Source: the human T2T-CHM13v2.0 reference genome, Homo sapiens. Taken from it: a stretch of DNA of 64,000 bases. The notes under the pieces were generated by a model. That model was not told where the DNA came from. It saw only the letters and a program-made list of their open reading frames with translations, and did no database searches. The position numbers and the translations under genes were made by a program. Position 1 is the stretch's first letter; the number at the start of each line of letters is the position of its first letter. Below, in pieces: positions 46,962 to 62,406 of this stretch. The stretch lies in the NCBI RefSeq assembly GCF_009914755.1, contig NC_060940.1; one strand, 5' to 3'.

Positions 46962-47469
46962 AAGATGGAGTCAAGATGGAGCTTCTGACAAATCAGGTCT
47001 AGGAATGACAATGATGAACCTAAGCCCAGTGCACCATGTGATGGGCCATATGAATAAATTAACAAGTTAGAACTAAACTCATGTTAATATCTTTGGAATG
47101 GTTGTTTGATCAAACCTCACTTGCCTGATACAATATCCCTGTAAACCCAAATTTCTATTTAATTTCAAAACTATATAGTTTCATCAAAATGTGATTACTG
47201 CTCTTTGACTAACAGGCTGTGATCTTCCATCCCTAAGACCTATTTATCTGCTTAGGTAAAACCTTGGAAATCCTGGAGACAAAAAGTGTTGTGGTAAAGA
47301 AACAAACCACTTTAAATATGTTAAAGGTGCTTGCCTTTTCAAACCTATTCAACTTTTCCCAAAGAGCTATGCATGCCCATGCTCCAGAATCACTAACAGC
47401 ACAAGAATTCTTGGAAGCACACACACACTGGCTGAATTATATTTCTATTTCCACATTGCTGCTATTTTC

Positions 47470-47779
47470 TTTTCTTTTCTTTTCTTTTCTTTTCTTTTTC
47501 AGACGGAGTTTCGCTCTTGTTGCCCAGGCTAGAGGGCAATGGCGCGATCTCGGCTCACCACAACATCCTTTCCGCGTTCAAGCGATTCTCCTGCCTCAGC
47601 CTGATGAGTAGCTGGGATTACAGGCATGCGCCACCACGCCCGGCTAATTTGGTATTTTTAGTAGAAACGGGGTTTCTCCATGTTGGTCAGGCCGGTCTTG
47701 AACTCCCAACCTCAGGTGATCCACCCACCTCAGCCTCCCAAAGTGCTAGGATTACAGGTTTGAGCCACCGCACCCAGCC
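47470..47779 (-). mobile_element. AluSp-like
   Basis: GTTTCGCTCTTGTTGCC, GGTTTCTCCATGTTGGTCAGG; (TTTTC)n tail; TSD CTGCTATTTTC. Confidence 0.93.
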
Positions 47780-48574
47780 TCCTGCTATTTTCAAAGGAAA
47801 TCTGTTCCTCTCTTAGCAATGGTATAGGGATAGAAGATTGTCCATAAAGCCCCAGTGTCACTGCCACACATAATCGGACATAACATGGTTGGCTCATTAG
47901 CATTTACATGTCTCCATTTCAACATGACCACTTGACACTAAGTGTTTGTCCCGTTAGAAATGTCAGAGAGTTGTCAGGTTTTGACTGAATTTGGTAAATG
48001 ACTACTGTATCTCTAGTGCCCCAAATTGGCTCAGAAAGCCTTTCTTCTGTTAGGACTTACATGTTGCTTTTCCTGTTTTGGGATGCTGTGGCCAGAGCTG
48101 TAGCCAACATATACCTTAACTTTGTTTTGGACTTTTGTGCATTCTATTGAAACAAAATGGCAAGTAAAATATTTTTATATGAGCATATTTCTGTCATGTT
48201 TAATGGATTCTAATAAAGTTAGGTACATGGGTGAATTGATGAGAAAATGGCTCCTCTTGCCAGCTCAAAAAATGCATATTGCCAATTTAATTTCTACATG
48301 GTAAAATCAGCTACATGAGGTTTGAATAAGGTCCAGCACTTGGAGAACTTCAATGAATACTAATATAGCTTCCAGATAGCCAAAAAACATAAGTTTGAAA
48401 GACCTTTGCAAACAGTAAAGTGTTATTTGAAAGGTGAGCTTTCCCATTTGGGAGTCAGGTATCAACAGGTCTTTTTCAACCCCATTGAAAAAGAGTTGTT
48501 TCTATACATCAAGCTGTACAGAAAGGAAGCAGAAGGATATGTGATTTAGTGAGGTTCTGCAAGTCAACTGCTAC

Positions 48575-48601
48575 TGTGTGTGTGTGCGCACATGCGTGTG
48601 T

Positions 48602-48638
<37 letters not shown>

Positions 48639-48660
48639 CGCGCACGCATGTATGGTGTGT
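48575..48660. repeat. (TG)n/(CG)n alternating purine-pyrimidine microsatellite
   Basis: Read directly. Confidence 0.93.
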
Positions 48661-48992
48661 ACCGCTAGGTCAGGAATGAACTGGAGTTCTCTGAAGCCAG
48701 AGGTTCGCCAAGAAGCTTCCTATGATGTTTTGTTGGCCTAAAAGGGCAGATCAGGTAAAAGTCCATAGGAGGAATCTAAAGCTCAAATATCAAGGCAGGG
48801 AGATCAAGGAAGAACCAGGATGTCAGAGACAGCTAAGGAGGAAAGCAGAATGAAATCCTACCAGGAACAGTCAAAGGGAAGCATCCCAGGCGGCTGCTAC
48901 TAATGTCAGTGGGTACTTGCAGCTCCCCTTACAGAGCTAGCTTATGTATGTTATATTGGCCTGGTTGTACGAAAGCAGAAAAAAGTTAGGTT

Positions 48993-49170
48993 GGCTGGGC
49001 ACACATCCTGGTGAACATGGTGAAACCCTGTCTCTACTAAAAATGCAAAAACAAAATTAGCCGGGCATGGTGGCGGGCGCCTGTATTCCCAGCTACTTGG
49101 GAGGCTGAGGCAGGAGAATGGCATGAACCCAGGATGTGGAACTTGCAGCAACAGAGCAAGACTCCATCTC

Positions 49171-49198
<28 letters not shown>
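48993..49198 (+). mobile_element. AluY-like with two internal deletions
   Basis: 178-bp body, GAGAATGGCATGAACCC, A28 tail; TSD AAAAAAGTTAGGT. Confidence 0.9.
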
Positions 49199-49201
<3 letters not shown>

Positions 49202-50659
49202 AGGTCTGCATGGGCAATGAATTGAGATTATGCTTTGGAGTATTTGGTATACCTTTTCAGAACTTTTCAAAAGGGAATATGAGCATATGAAGAGCCAACA
49301 GGTTGGAAGATAATCCTTGCATTCCCCTACCTAAGCAATCACTATGATGAAAAAATCAAATCATCTTAGAAAAACATCAGTTCAATGGAATACATGTGTA
49401 CAGCGGAACAGAATAAAATGTTCAAGGGGATTTTAAGTGTCCATCTTTGTGAAGCTATCTTGAGTCCATCATGATAAATTTACAGAATTAAAGTTCTCTT
49501 CACTTCCCTAAGTCAAAGAAAGAAGGAGGTACCCAAAGCACTGAAATGGTTCCTCCGCACCCGTGAATTTAGCCAAGATCTCTCAGCGGGCTAGTCCTAA
49601 GGGGACGTGCTGCTGCCCTCCGACATGGGAAACAGGTTCACGACTCCACCCATCCCCATCACCCTAACCCTATCCCTGGGGACTATGGTCCACACCAACC
49701 TCTGAAGGAGATGCTTGGTGTACACCAGGTTCTTCCTGCTGGTCTTGCTAGTAACATTTCCCCTGTGTCTTCTCTTCTCCATTTCCCATTCCTGGACCCA
49801 TCCTCTGTGTCCTCCCATGTTCAATAACTCTCTCAAATCCCATCTTTCACAGGTCAGTTTCTCTTGTCCAGGCATCTGGAGTGAACAGGGACCTAATCTT
49901 TGTCTCTGCACACCCAGCTCAGGATCCAGTACACAGCAGGCATTCAATACATGCCAAACAGATCAGGAAATAAGTAATGTATGACCCTAATGCTAAAGTG
50001 AGGATGCTGGGCTCTGAGGGGTGAGGATGAACGTAGCAGGGAGGTAAGATGGGGAGAAAGGAAAACAGCCAAGAGGAGGAAAAGAAAGAGGGGGCAGGAA
50101 TCCACCCATGTCCTTTTGCTGCTAAAAGGCCCCCTTTTCTCAGTCCCAAAAGCCCCCACCACCATCACAGAAAAGGCAGGCAGTGGGACCACCCCTTTAA
50201 TGGTTCATACACAACCCTCAGCTGAAAGTTCCATGACTACTTTACCTTTAAAGATGGCCTGGATGTTCATTCCAACCTAATTTCACTCAGGTACACAACG
50301 TAATTTTTCCTGGTCTGATCCTCAGGAATTGGCTGGCATTTTCTCAACAACAATGTCCTTTGATATAGAACCTTCTAGTACCATGGTCTGATTAAGAAGG
50401 ATTTAATGTTCCCTGTGTTCCAGAGTGTCGGGCTCTATTGCACATTCAAGGACAGAAGCACTTTTTGTCCATAGCACCTAAAGAGCCTCCAAGGCACTGT
50501 ACAGTTGTGGTTCTCGATAATTCCTTGTCAATTCCCATATACCCTGAGTGGTCCCACATTATGCAACATGCCTATAAGCTGCCTTGTATACCACAAATTG
50601 AAGTAAGCCCATGACAATATTTTGAAAATAGTCGACTGATGAGATTTCCATTCCTCCTC

Positions 50660-51730
50660 CCGGTAAAACATGTCCCTTGGCAACCATTTCACTCTTCCAG
50701 TTGGGAGGGGGTTGGGGAAGAGGTGGGTAGGTAAAGGAAACTGCTCCAAACAACAGGAAGAGGAATGAGAATGCCTATCCCCTCCACCCCAAAGGAATTG
50801 GCAGGACACCAGGAAAAGCAATAGGAAAGCAGGTGGTGAAAAATGCATGTGTTGACTACCATTCTCCAGGCTGGAGTCCTGGAAGTGGAGAGGTATGTGA
50901 AATCAGTTAAAGGGGAAAATCCAAGCGGAGAAAAGTCTTCCTTCTCACGAGGCACTCAGAATCAGCAAAGACTCTAGCAGAGATTCACTCCCCTCACCCC
51001 ATACCAGCCAGGGGTGCCCATGGCAGAGTCAAATTGGAGAACAGGCAGAGGTCTTATGAGCCCAAGTTTAGCTTTCCACATCTCCTTCAGCTCCTACATC
51101 ACAAGGAAAGTATTTACTGGTTGCTGGGTATCCTGTGGAAGGACCCAGAAGTACCAGATGAGCTGGGGGTGGGTGGGAGCTGGGTGCACAGCAGGGGTTC
51201 AGTGAACCCAAGAGCCATAGACTGCAGGGGAGACATGGCGGACCAGGAATCATAACAATCAGGCTCCAGGAAGACACCTGGGCTTGGAGGGGCTGAGTCG
51301 GCTGGGAGATCGGCATGACCAAGCTGAAAGAGAAGAGACCATCATCTCGGAACTGTCAACTTCAGCACCAGTGACAGCAGGGCACCTAGCAACCAGGCAG
51401 ATACAGGATAATGCCATGGCCACAAGAGGGTCCCCAGTGCACGGACCACTATCTCCTCCCCAAGAGCTGAGATCCCTCCACCACCCATCCGGGAGCTCTC
51501 TTGGAGAAGAGCAGAGGCACGGGAAGAAATCTAAAGAATAAAGTTTCACCCCGAAGAGAACTTTGCATAAGAAGTGACTTAAATTATTGAATCAGACCAA
51601 ATTTCATTTTTCCATGATACTCAGCAGAGTGGAGGCTGCCAGGGAAGAGTAGACTTGACATAAAATATTTAAAAATACACTTTCTTTGCACATGAGCGCA
51701 TAGTCTGTACATGTGCAACCCAACTTCATG
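50660..51730 (+). mobile_element. Possible ancient LTR (MamGypLTR/LTR78-like)
   Basis: Purine-rich ~1-kb block ending ...CTTTCTTTGCACAT...GCAACCC, resembling old Gypsy-type LTR 3' ends from memory only. Confidence 0.3.
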
Positions 51731-51764
51731 ACTTTTCATACTTTATATGAAAAACAATGATCAC

Positions 51765-52080
<316 letters not shown>

Positions 52081-53561
52081 AAACAATGATTGCAAGCCAC
52101 CTCATCATGGTACTGCTTGATGCTTCCTGCCACCAGGGGAAATGGTGGCTGAGAAAGGGTAGGTCTTAGGTGAGCTGCTGGTGCCTCCCCAGGATCATGG
52201 TGGGAAGGAATTACCCCCCAGCCTTAAGTTCCTGGAGCTGCTGTTTCAATCTGCTGACTTAGACAGGTAAACCACACATGGCCAGGACCTAGAGGCTTGG
52301 TGGGCTTTTTTGCTAAGAGTACAGTCTCCAGCCTATGCTCCATATCCCCATACCTATCCCCACATCTGTCCCCTCTGACTCCACCACAGTTCTCCTCTTG
52401 GGATGCAGTCAGATGATGGCCATAAGTATGTGTGCATGTGCGTGTGTATATGCAGGACAGTGACAGCCAAGGCTCCATGCTACTAGTAATAGTTTAAATT
52501 AAAACAACAACAACAGCAACAAAACTTGCCTCTAATTTTATTCCAGGGACCTAACACTTCCACACACGGAGGTTCCAGGGTAGGGGCTGCGCAACCACCA
52601 GCCATAGTCAGGGTAGATACCCGACTTTGTTTCTCTAAAATGCAGAGGGAGCTGCCCCCTCCCCACCCACCGCCACCTCCCATGCCCCAGCTCTTATGAC
52701 CCACGGAAGGCACCGCCTGTCCAAATCAGAATTACCTCTTTTCTAACACTTATTTTTCTTTAATTCTCTGTGAATGGAACCCCCACTTTACGATTTGTGA
52801 ATCCACTGTTCAACCTGGACAAGTTTTCAGTAACACATTATGTACAAAATAAAGGACTGTCTGATTTCTTTTTTCCTCATTTTGTTATTTGGATTTCTTT
52901 CTTTGTTTTTGCAGAATTTTCCAGAATAGGTGTCAATTTACTTTGTAAACATTGTGCTTAATTGTTTGCAAGACTGCAGAATAACTGGCACGAAGTGAAG
53001 TTATTTTAGACAAGAACAAACAATTTGAATATGGCAGTTAGTGGGGAACGGAGAACAAAGACTGGAGTTTTATTTAAAGAACAAGTCAATCACGCCAATA
53101 GAAAGACAATGCCTAGGCTCCTTCCGTGTGCACAGCTGAAAAGCCCCAAGTTGCTCTGTTTTAAAACGTGTGAAGATATTCAGCACAAAAGGCCCGGTTT
53201 TGAACGTCGATAAAAGAAATTCAGGAAGAACTACTGTGGTTCACAAAGAAACAAAGCCTTTGCCACTGAGGAAACGGATTGTGTCCTGTGAAACCCAGTA
53301 GTCAAAGATGACAGGGTCTGGTCTTACAGCGGTGTAGAGAATCAAGAAATTGACATGGAAGTCTTATGCAAACCAACTTAACACATATTCCATCAAATAT
53401 GTTAAATGCATCAGACAAGGAATAGGAAATATTGAAAACCCAAGACAACAGCTCTACAAAGATTGCTCTCCTCGTATCATCTGCCTTCAATCCCCGCTTC
53501 TCACAGCAAGATACCCTGTATTTTTTAATCAGTGGGTTTACTTAGAATGAGATTCCAAGTC

Positions 53562-53876
53562 AGCAGTCAGCAAACATTTTCTGTAAAGAGCCAGACAGGA
53601 AAAATTTTAGGCTTTCTGGACCACTAGGTCTCCTTCGCAGCTACTCAACTCCACCTCTGTCGTATGACAACAGCCACAGACAGTTTGTAAACAAAGGGGC
53701 GTGGCTGTGTTTCAATAAAACTTTATGGACAATGAAATCTGGATTTTGTGTAGTCTTCATGTGTAACAAAATATTCTTTCAATTCTTTTTTCAACGATTT
53801 AAAAATGTAGAAATCATTCTTAGCTGCCAGGCCATACAAAATTAGGCAGCGGGCTGTGGATTGCCAACCCTTCCTG
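53562..53876. mobile_element. MER58B
   Basis: GTCAGCAAACATTTTCTGTAAAGAGCCAG...GGCGTGGCTGTGTTTCAATAAAACTTTATGGAC...GGCCATACAAAA. Confidence 0.85.
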
Positions 53877-54289
53877 TGTAACCCAGAAACCCTTCAGTGA
53901 CCACCATGAAATATTACCTGGTGCAGTTCTAAGCGACTATACTTTCAAACAAGTGTTTCAGAAGGACAGATGCCTGCAAAGAATACAGAAACAGGAGTGG
54001 CAACCACATGAAATAACAATAAGGTAAGAAAAAAATGAACAAACCATAAAAAGAAAAGAGGTACAAAATGCAGTGAAATGTATGGGTCCAGGTCCCAGAT
54101 ATGATGAAGTTATATGACTGGGGGGGTTGAACAGGACAGCTGTTTTGCTACTGGTACTTGGACTTGGTTGAAGGTAGGGTTTGACAAAAGTCCCAAATAA
54201 GAAAGCATGACCCTGTTCTTATGAGTGAAGATGAGAAAAGGAAGGAGACAAGGAGATCATGAAAATAATGAAGACATTGAAGGCCAATA

Positions 54290-54430
54290 CTATGGAGACT
54301 TCCTATGTGACAGGAATTATTCTAAATGCTAAATATACATCACTTAATCCTTATAACAGTCTTCTAGGCTTTATTATTAGTCCCATTTTATAGATGAGAA
54401 AACTAAGACCCTGAGATGATAAATAACATG
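54290..54430 (-). mobile_element. MIR
   Basis: TATTAGTCCCATTTTATAGATGAGAAAACTAAGAC. Confidence 0.75.
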
Positions 54431-54434
54431 CTCG

Positions 54435-54745
54435 AGGGAGGGATGGGGGGATGGGAAGATGGGTAGAGGGATGGAAGGATGGACAGACTGACAGGAAGAT
54501 GATAGACATGATTGACAGACGATAGAGAGAGATCAGATAAGTTAGGCAGACATGTAGATGATAGGTAGATGGATAGGTAAATGATACTAGATGACAGAGA
54601 TAGACAATACAGAGATTAGTAGACAGATGATGGGTAGATCAATGGGTAGACAGATGGTAGACGGATGGATGGGATTGATAGATGGATAGGTAGGTAGGTA
54701 GGTAGGTAGGCGGATGGTAGGAAGATGATGAATAGATGATAGATA
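54435..54745. repeat. Compound GGAT/GATA/GACA/GGTA simple repeat
   Basis: Read directly. Confidence 0.9.
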
Positions 54746-55644
54746 GCCCTCCAACTCTAAAAATGGGGCACTCAACCCCACACTCTGCTGCTCTAATGGG
54801 CAATAGGGGAATTAACAAAAGGCTGCTGGAACCCAAAATGAGGGCTAAAGAAGGAAGAGGTGGTAGGAGCTCCTCTTTTTTATAAGCAGCCATGCACTGA
54901 TACCCTCTATTCTTCCAGGAGGTTAGTTTGAATGGAGATTTCCTGAAGGAAGTGAGTTTGAAGTCATTTTGAAATAACTGAAGGAACTAAATATTGAAAC
55001 ATGCACGCGACCATAGGAAGTGCGTTCGTGGAGGACCTGGAACCAGGAAAAACAAAGATTCAGAGGCGATTTGAGAGTGTGAAGATGATTTGAAGAGCCA
55101 GACGTTTTTTCTCTCAGATCTAACACAGGAGCAGATTTTCAAAAACACAGGTTCTACAAACTGCCTGTCTTTGATATCCAGGAGGAGCTCATCTGGAATG
55201 CAAAGGAGCTAGTACAAGAAGCACCTTCCTTCCTGGGTGGTGAGACCAGCCCCGTGCACTTAGCGAGTGGATTTTAAATATAAAGAGATTTGTGTCCAGT
55301 TATCTAGGTGGCCACTGGAATGACAGTAATTCACACCAAACCACATAAGGAGGAAACATCATCCATCTTCATTTTTTAGAAAAAAAAAAAGCAGCTTTAG
55401 AAAACCAGATAACTAGCCCTCAATCAATTCCGAGTCAGCAGATCTATTTACTCTCTTCTGATGCTGTGTCACTCGATTGAGTCTTGCTGGCTCCGTCAGG
55501 ATTTTTCCAACATGCGTTGTCATGGATCAAAACCTTCCAGCAACTGTCCTTTGTCTCTCAAAATAGTGTCTTTTCTCAATCCATGAAGTAAGGCATGTCT
55601 CACTCAGGATCTGCTCAACTGATTTTGAAAAAGATGCCAAAATT

Positions 55645-55929
55645 CTTTTTTCTCTTTTTTTTTAGAGACAGAGTCTCACTCTGCCACCCAGGCTGGAGTG
55701 CAGTGGCACAATCTTGGCTTACTGCAGCCTCAAATTCCTGGGCTCAAGAGGAGTAGCTACTCAGCCTCCTGAGTAGCTGAACACAGGCATGTGCCACTCT
55801 GCCCAGCTAATGTAGAGACAGGGTCTTACCATATTGCCCAGGCTGTTCTCTAAATTCTGGACTCAAGCAATCTTCTCACATAGGCCTCCCAAGTGCTGGG
55901 ATTGCAGGCATGAGCCACTGTGCCTGGCC
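55645..55929 (-). mobile_element. AluJ, diverged
   Basis: Reverse Alu with shortened middle linker. Confidence 0.88.
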
Positions 55930-56838
55930 TGCAAAAGCTCTTTACTTTGAAAGCACATTGAAATTGTTCTGTACTTGGCAGCGGTGGTTACACAGCTGTA
56001 TATTGCCATCAACATTCATGGATCTATACACCAAAGAGTGAATTTGACTGTATGCAAGTGATGTTTCCATTTAAGTAAGAGTCAAAGGAAAAAAAAATGA
56101 AATACTGAAATTTCTGTCTGGACACGGAAGGCTTAAAAAATAGGAGCGTCTATCCTCTCTGAGTATCTGCCTAAGTTTTCGAGGGAAAACATGAATGAGC
56201 CAATTAAAGATCTCATTTCTAGGTGACTGACAAATCACATTTGAGTTACTCAACTAGTTCTGGTTTGGGGATTGGTGAGTTTCACTGTATCAAGCTGTGA
56301 CTCTGTTTAACCCAAGTATTCCCTCGAGGCCAATCTTGGCTGTCTCTCTTCAAGCTGAAATTGAGAGGCTTTGCGAGTGGCCCTATAAACACGCTAATGA
56401 ATGAATGGACAACTAATTACCTTGTAAATATGCATGAATAAGCACAGGCCTCAGATGCCTCTGCAGTAAGCCAAATGTCTCGGCGCCCCCTTGCTACTTA
56501 CTTGTGCATGAGAAAACGTGTGATATTCCTACGGTGGAAGCTCAGGCCTCTCATTCTCAGAGGCAAATCTTTCAATGTTGGTGGAAAAGGTCCTGGTATA
56601 GGACACTTTAAAAGACACATTAATAAAAATAACAGACAAATGTAGCCATGAAGAATAACCCATCATCCACGTTCCTACACCCCCATAAAAGAGTAAACTA
56701 ACCTCTTGATTAAATTTTTCCAGCAAGGAGGCCCTTTTTTTATTTTAAACTTGTTTTTAAATAGTTTTTTTTTCTCCTTTGTTTATATATTGTAGGTCAC
56801 AGTGATTCCCCTTAGTGCTCAAAGATTGCAGGGCTTTA

Positions 56839-57139
<301 letters not shown>

Positions 57140-57399
57140 AAAAGCCCTTAAGGATGACACTGCTTCCTGTCCTAGGAACATGAGCATCAAACTACAAAAA
57201 CCAGTGTCGAGGGGGGATTTGGCTGGTCCCTGGAAAATGCATTCCCATGAGAGGCTTGCTGGAGAACAGCACCCTTGGCAGGCATTTGTAGACTTATCCT
57301 GGGCCAGAGAGACTCATCCAATCTGGTGTGTTGAATCTGTTCATAGTATAATTGGCGTCAATTATAATAACTAGAGTGACATCCCACATCCATCCTTTG

Positions 57400-57570
57400 G
57401 TGAATGAGCCAACTTCAGCAAGTTATTTAGCCTCCTGGGTCTTCAGTTTACTCATCTGTCTTATGGGACTAATAAAAACTACCTTGTAGAGTTGTTAGGA
57501 AGATTAAATTTGACAATGTATAGGAAGTGCCCAGTTCAGTGTCTAGTATATAGCAAGTATTTGATAAGTA
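57400..57570 (+). mobile_element. MIR
   Basis: CAAGTTATTTAGCCTCC...CAGTTTACTCATCTGT...GAGTTGTTAGGAAGATTAAAT. Confidence 0.75.
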
Positions 57571-57579
57571 ATATTTATT

Positions 57580-57890
<311 letters not shown>

Positions 57891-58067
57891 AATATTTATT
57901 AGTAGTAGTATTAATAAGGCCCACCGGAAGAGTAAACTAATTTTGTCTCATTACAGTTTACACTCAATCTAGTCTAGACATGGGCTAATTTCAGTGGGGG
58001 CAACATTTCCCTAAATAGCAGTTGGAGCTGGTCCTACTCTCAGAACTGAGACAAGGACCAGTAGACA

Positions 58068-58132
58068 CTAGACTCCCTTAGGAGCACTCAGGAGCTTCCT
58101 AGACTCTCTTAGGAGCACTCAGGAGCTTCCTA
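58068..58132. repeat. Tandem duplication, 31-bp unit x2
   Basis: CTAGACTC(C/T)CTTAGGAGCACTCAGGAGCTTC twice. Confidence 0.95.
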
Positions 58133-58469
58133 TTTCCAGTCTTATTTTTTCCACTGGTCTATGCTCAGGACTGAACCTAGGCAATAAGCTGTTATGAAAC
58201 TAGGGCAACGTTACTTGATATCTAATAGATAAAAGCAAGAGCTGGTGAGTCCTTCAAAACAGTGCTTCCCACAGCCTGGCCCACAGAACAGGCACCATGC
58301 AAGATACCCCTCAAACGCAATAGACCAAAGGAAAGTAGGTTTAAGAAACTCTCAAGGCCACATAATCCAATGGATTTCTTTACTGCAGAATATTTCAGTG
58401 CTGGAATTCATTGTGAAGTTCATATTAATTCAACACCCATGAACATCATATACATTAGGAATTTTTTTA

Positions 58470-59970
<1,501 letters not shown>

Positions 59971-59999
59971 GGATTTACCATCCTGGTGATAAATAACAA

Positions 60000-60200
60000 A
60001 AGAGGTAGAGCAACATACTTTAGACCGTGGGTTTTGAAGTCAAATGACATCTCCATTAGTTATTAACCCACATGCTGTTGGGCAGGTTGGTTAAGCCTTA
60101 GTTTCCTCAACTACAAAAGATTTTTAAAGTAAAAGAGATAATATATGTAAACTGCTTACAGAGCGCTGGGAACAGAGAAAATACTTAATACAATGGTCAT
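60000..60200 (+). mobile_element. MIR
   Basis: TTGGGCAGGTT...GCCTTAGTTTCCTCAACTACAAAA...GTAAACTGCTTA. Confidence 0.6.
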
Positions 60201-60274
60201 TATTTTTAAAGTTAGGCTTGCTGGATTTTGGTGGGAAATCAAGATGGCTTCCTTCTGAAAACTGAGTCTGTCTC

Positions 60275-60730
60275 ATGTCTGATTTCACAGAAACAACTTT
60301 GAGATGGGGATTCTTGAGCACACGAGTTACTGAATGAGAACTCTCGGGGAAAAGGGAGTGAGAGCTGCAGGATGGGGCAGAGAAAGGAGTAAGTTAGAAT
60401 GTGCTTTCAGGTGAAGTCTCCTTTCATTCCCATCCCAGGGGAAGCTCTGGGGCATAAATTGCCTGTCCTCTGTCTGTCCTGGCTTGAGAAAAGGCTTCTG
60501 TGGACCCCACCCCAACCCACCCAAGTCAGTTATGTCTACTGGACACCCAGGGCCGTGGCTTGAGAGATCTAACTCCCAGCACTTCCTTGCAAAGCAGCTC
60601 TCTTCGCCCAAAGCCACTTTTATGGGGAAGGCTGCAGACATGAGCAGCTGCTTCCTCAGGGTGAAGGGTACCTAACCAGTAAAAGAGACTCCAGGGGATT
60701 TGAGTGTCACATTCTCACCAGCATCTGCCA
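60275..60730 (-). mobile_element. Old ERVL-class solo LTR (LTR33/LTR41-like)
   Basis: TGAGATGGGGATTCTTGAGCA...AAGGGAGTGAGAGCTGCAGGATGGGGCAG...ATCCCAGGGGAAGCTCTGG. Confidence 0.5.
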
Positions 60731-61244
60731 TGGAGAAAAGCCAGTCATTCCATCAAAACCCAGAACCCACCAACAAGGGTGATCTCTGGGGCAAAACATA
60801 AAACTGTATGCCACCTCCATTATTTTATCCTTTTTTTCCCCCTCCTTCAAAATTTTCCTTTTATTAAAATATATTGTGATTAAGCACAATTACAAGAGAC
60901 CACAATATCTTCACTTCCGAGTTATAGTCTGTCTTACTGCTGTCAAAACATGGTTACGAACGATTTTTTTCTGCAAAGAGCTCGAACATAAAGTACAGAA
61001 CTCAATACAGAGGGGGAAGTTAATCGCTACAACATGGTACCTAGGTAACAAAGCCTTCAGCAGGGCCCAGCACATAAGAGAATCAAGAGCCCACATGTTC
61101 TACCAGAGGTGCGGTCACATTTTAGACACTGCTAAAGTGTATTTTGGGACAATTCCATCATAAAGTTATAGAAAGAGGGATCCCAACAACTGTCCTCTCC
61201 TGAGGTTATCTTTGTTGAGACGATTGTCATACTATTTCCTTGGA

Positions 61245-61440
61245 AAGCATACCGACTTGAAGTCAAATTTTACTCTGAAAATAGTAGCTGAGGAACTTTC
61301 ATTGAGGTTCTAACCTCCTGAAGTCTCTGTTTTCTCATTTGCTAAATGGATAAAATAACTTCAAAAATTGCAGGTGGGACATTAAGTAAACTCACGTATA
61401 AAAATTGCAACGTGGTATTTGGTACATATAAAATCTTCAA
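61245..61440 (+). mobile_element. MIR
   Basis: TAACCTCCTGAAGTCTCTGTTTTCTCATTTGCTAAATGGATAAAATAA. Confidence 0.65.
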
Positions 61441-61689
61441 AGTGTAGCACATATATTTTAAATTCCTTCAAAAAGCTTCTTTAGAGGGGACGACGAAGCT
61501 AAAATTTGAGAACCTACTGAAATCTTCTAATAACGAACCAATACTATTGTATCAAACATACATACTAAATTGATATATCTTGTGTTTAAGTTTGACATCG
61601 TAGGGCCTTTTTTAAAAATATTGAGGCATTAGGATCAACAGATTTGTGTGTGTCTTGGGTCCCTCCTCACACCACCATCTTCCATAATG

Positions 61690-62406
61690 GTCCCACCATT
61701 TGGAACTGCTCGGACAGTTTTGATTGTCACAATGATAGGGGAGGTAGGGCATTAATGACATTTAGTGGGCAAGTCCAGGGATGCCAAACATCCAGCATAT
61801 CCAAAGCCATCTCTTACCGTGAAGAACTGTCTCATCTACCTCCTGAATGATTGCCCAAGGTTTCACTGGACATTCACAAAGGTAAAAATTGTTCATAATT
61901 ATCTGAGACTATAACCTAAATACTTTCACATGTAAGCAAATGATTTAATGCTCAGGGTGAATATAAATGGATTTTCCAGAAATGCAACTGCCAGGTAAGT
62001 CAAGGGATAACTGCAGGCTGTTTTGTTCCAGACTCTATTGTTCACCATGCCAGAAAATCATGACAAAGCCACTTAATGAAACCAAGTCACCAACACAACA
62101 CGTCTTCATCAGTCCTCATTTGCAGATGGCCTGTTAATGGTGAGTCTACTCACAGGTGTAGGCGTCTGACTTCTTATATTTTCCAATGTGGTTGTCCTGA
62201 GCATTTTCATGTTAAAATGCATATTTCAATATAAATTGTTTTCCTTTCATTTTGTTTTATATTACAGTTGGGTTATTTTAGTGATTTTTTAAAAAATTAC
62301 ATGAATGGGTAGGTTATATTTTCTATGTATGTCTTTGCAGGATGGTAAAGAAGATGTTAACAAAATGTTTGTTATTAAAAAGGGGTATCTAAAGGTTTAT
62401 GAACTG
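61690..62406. mobile_element. MER20B (hAT-Charlie)
   Basis: TTTTGATTGTCACAATGA...CATTTAGTGGGC...ATAATTATCTGAG...TTTTCCAGAAATGCAACT. Confidence 0.7.
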
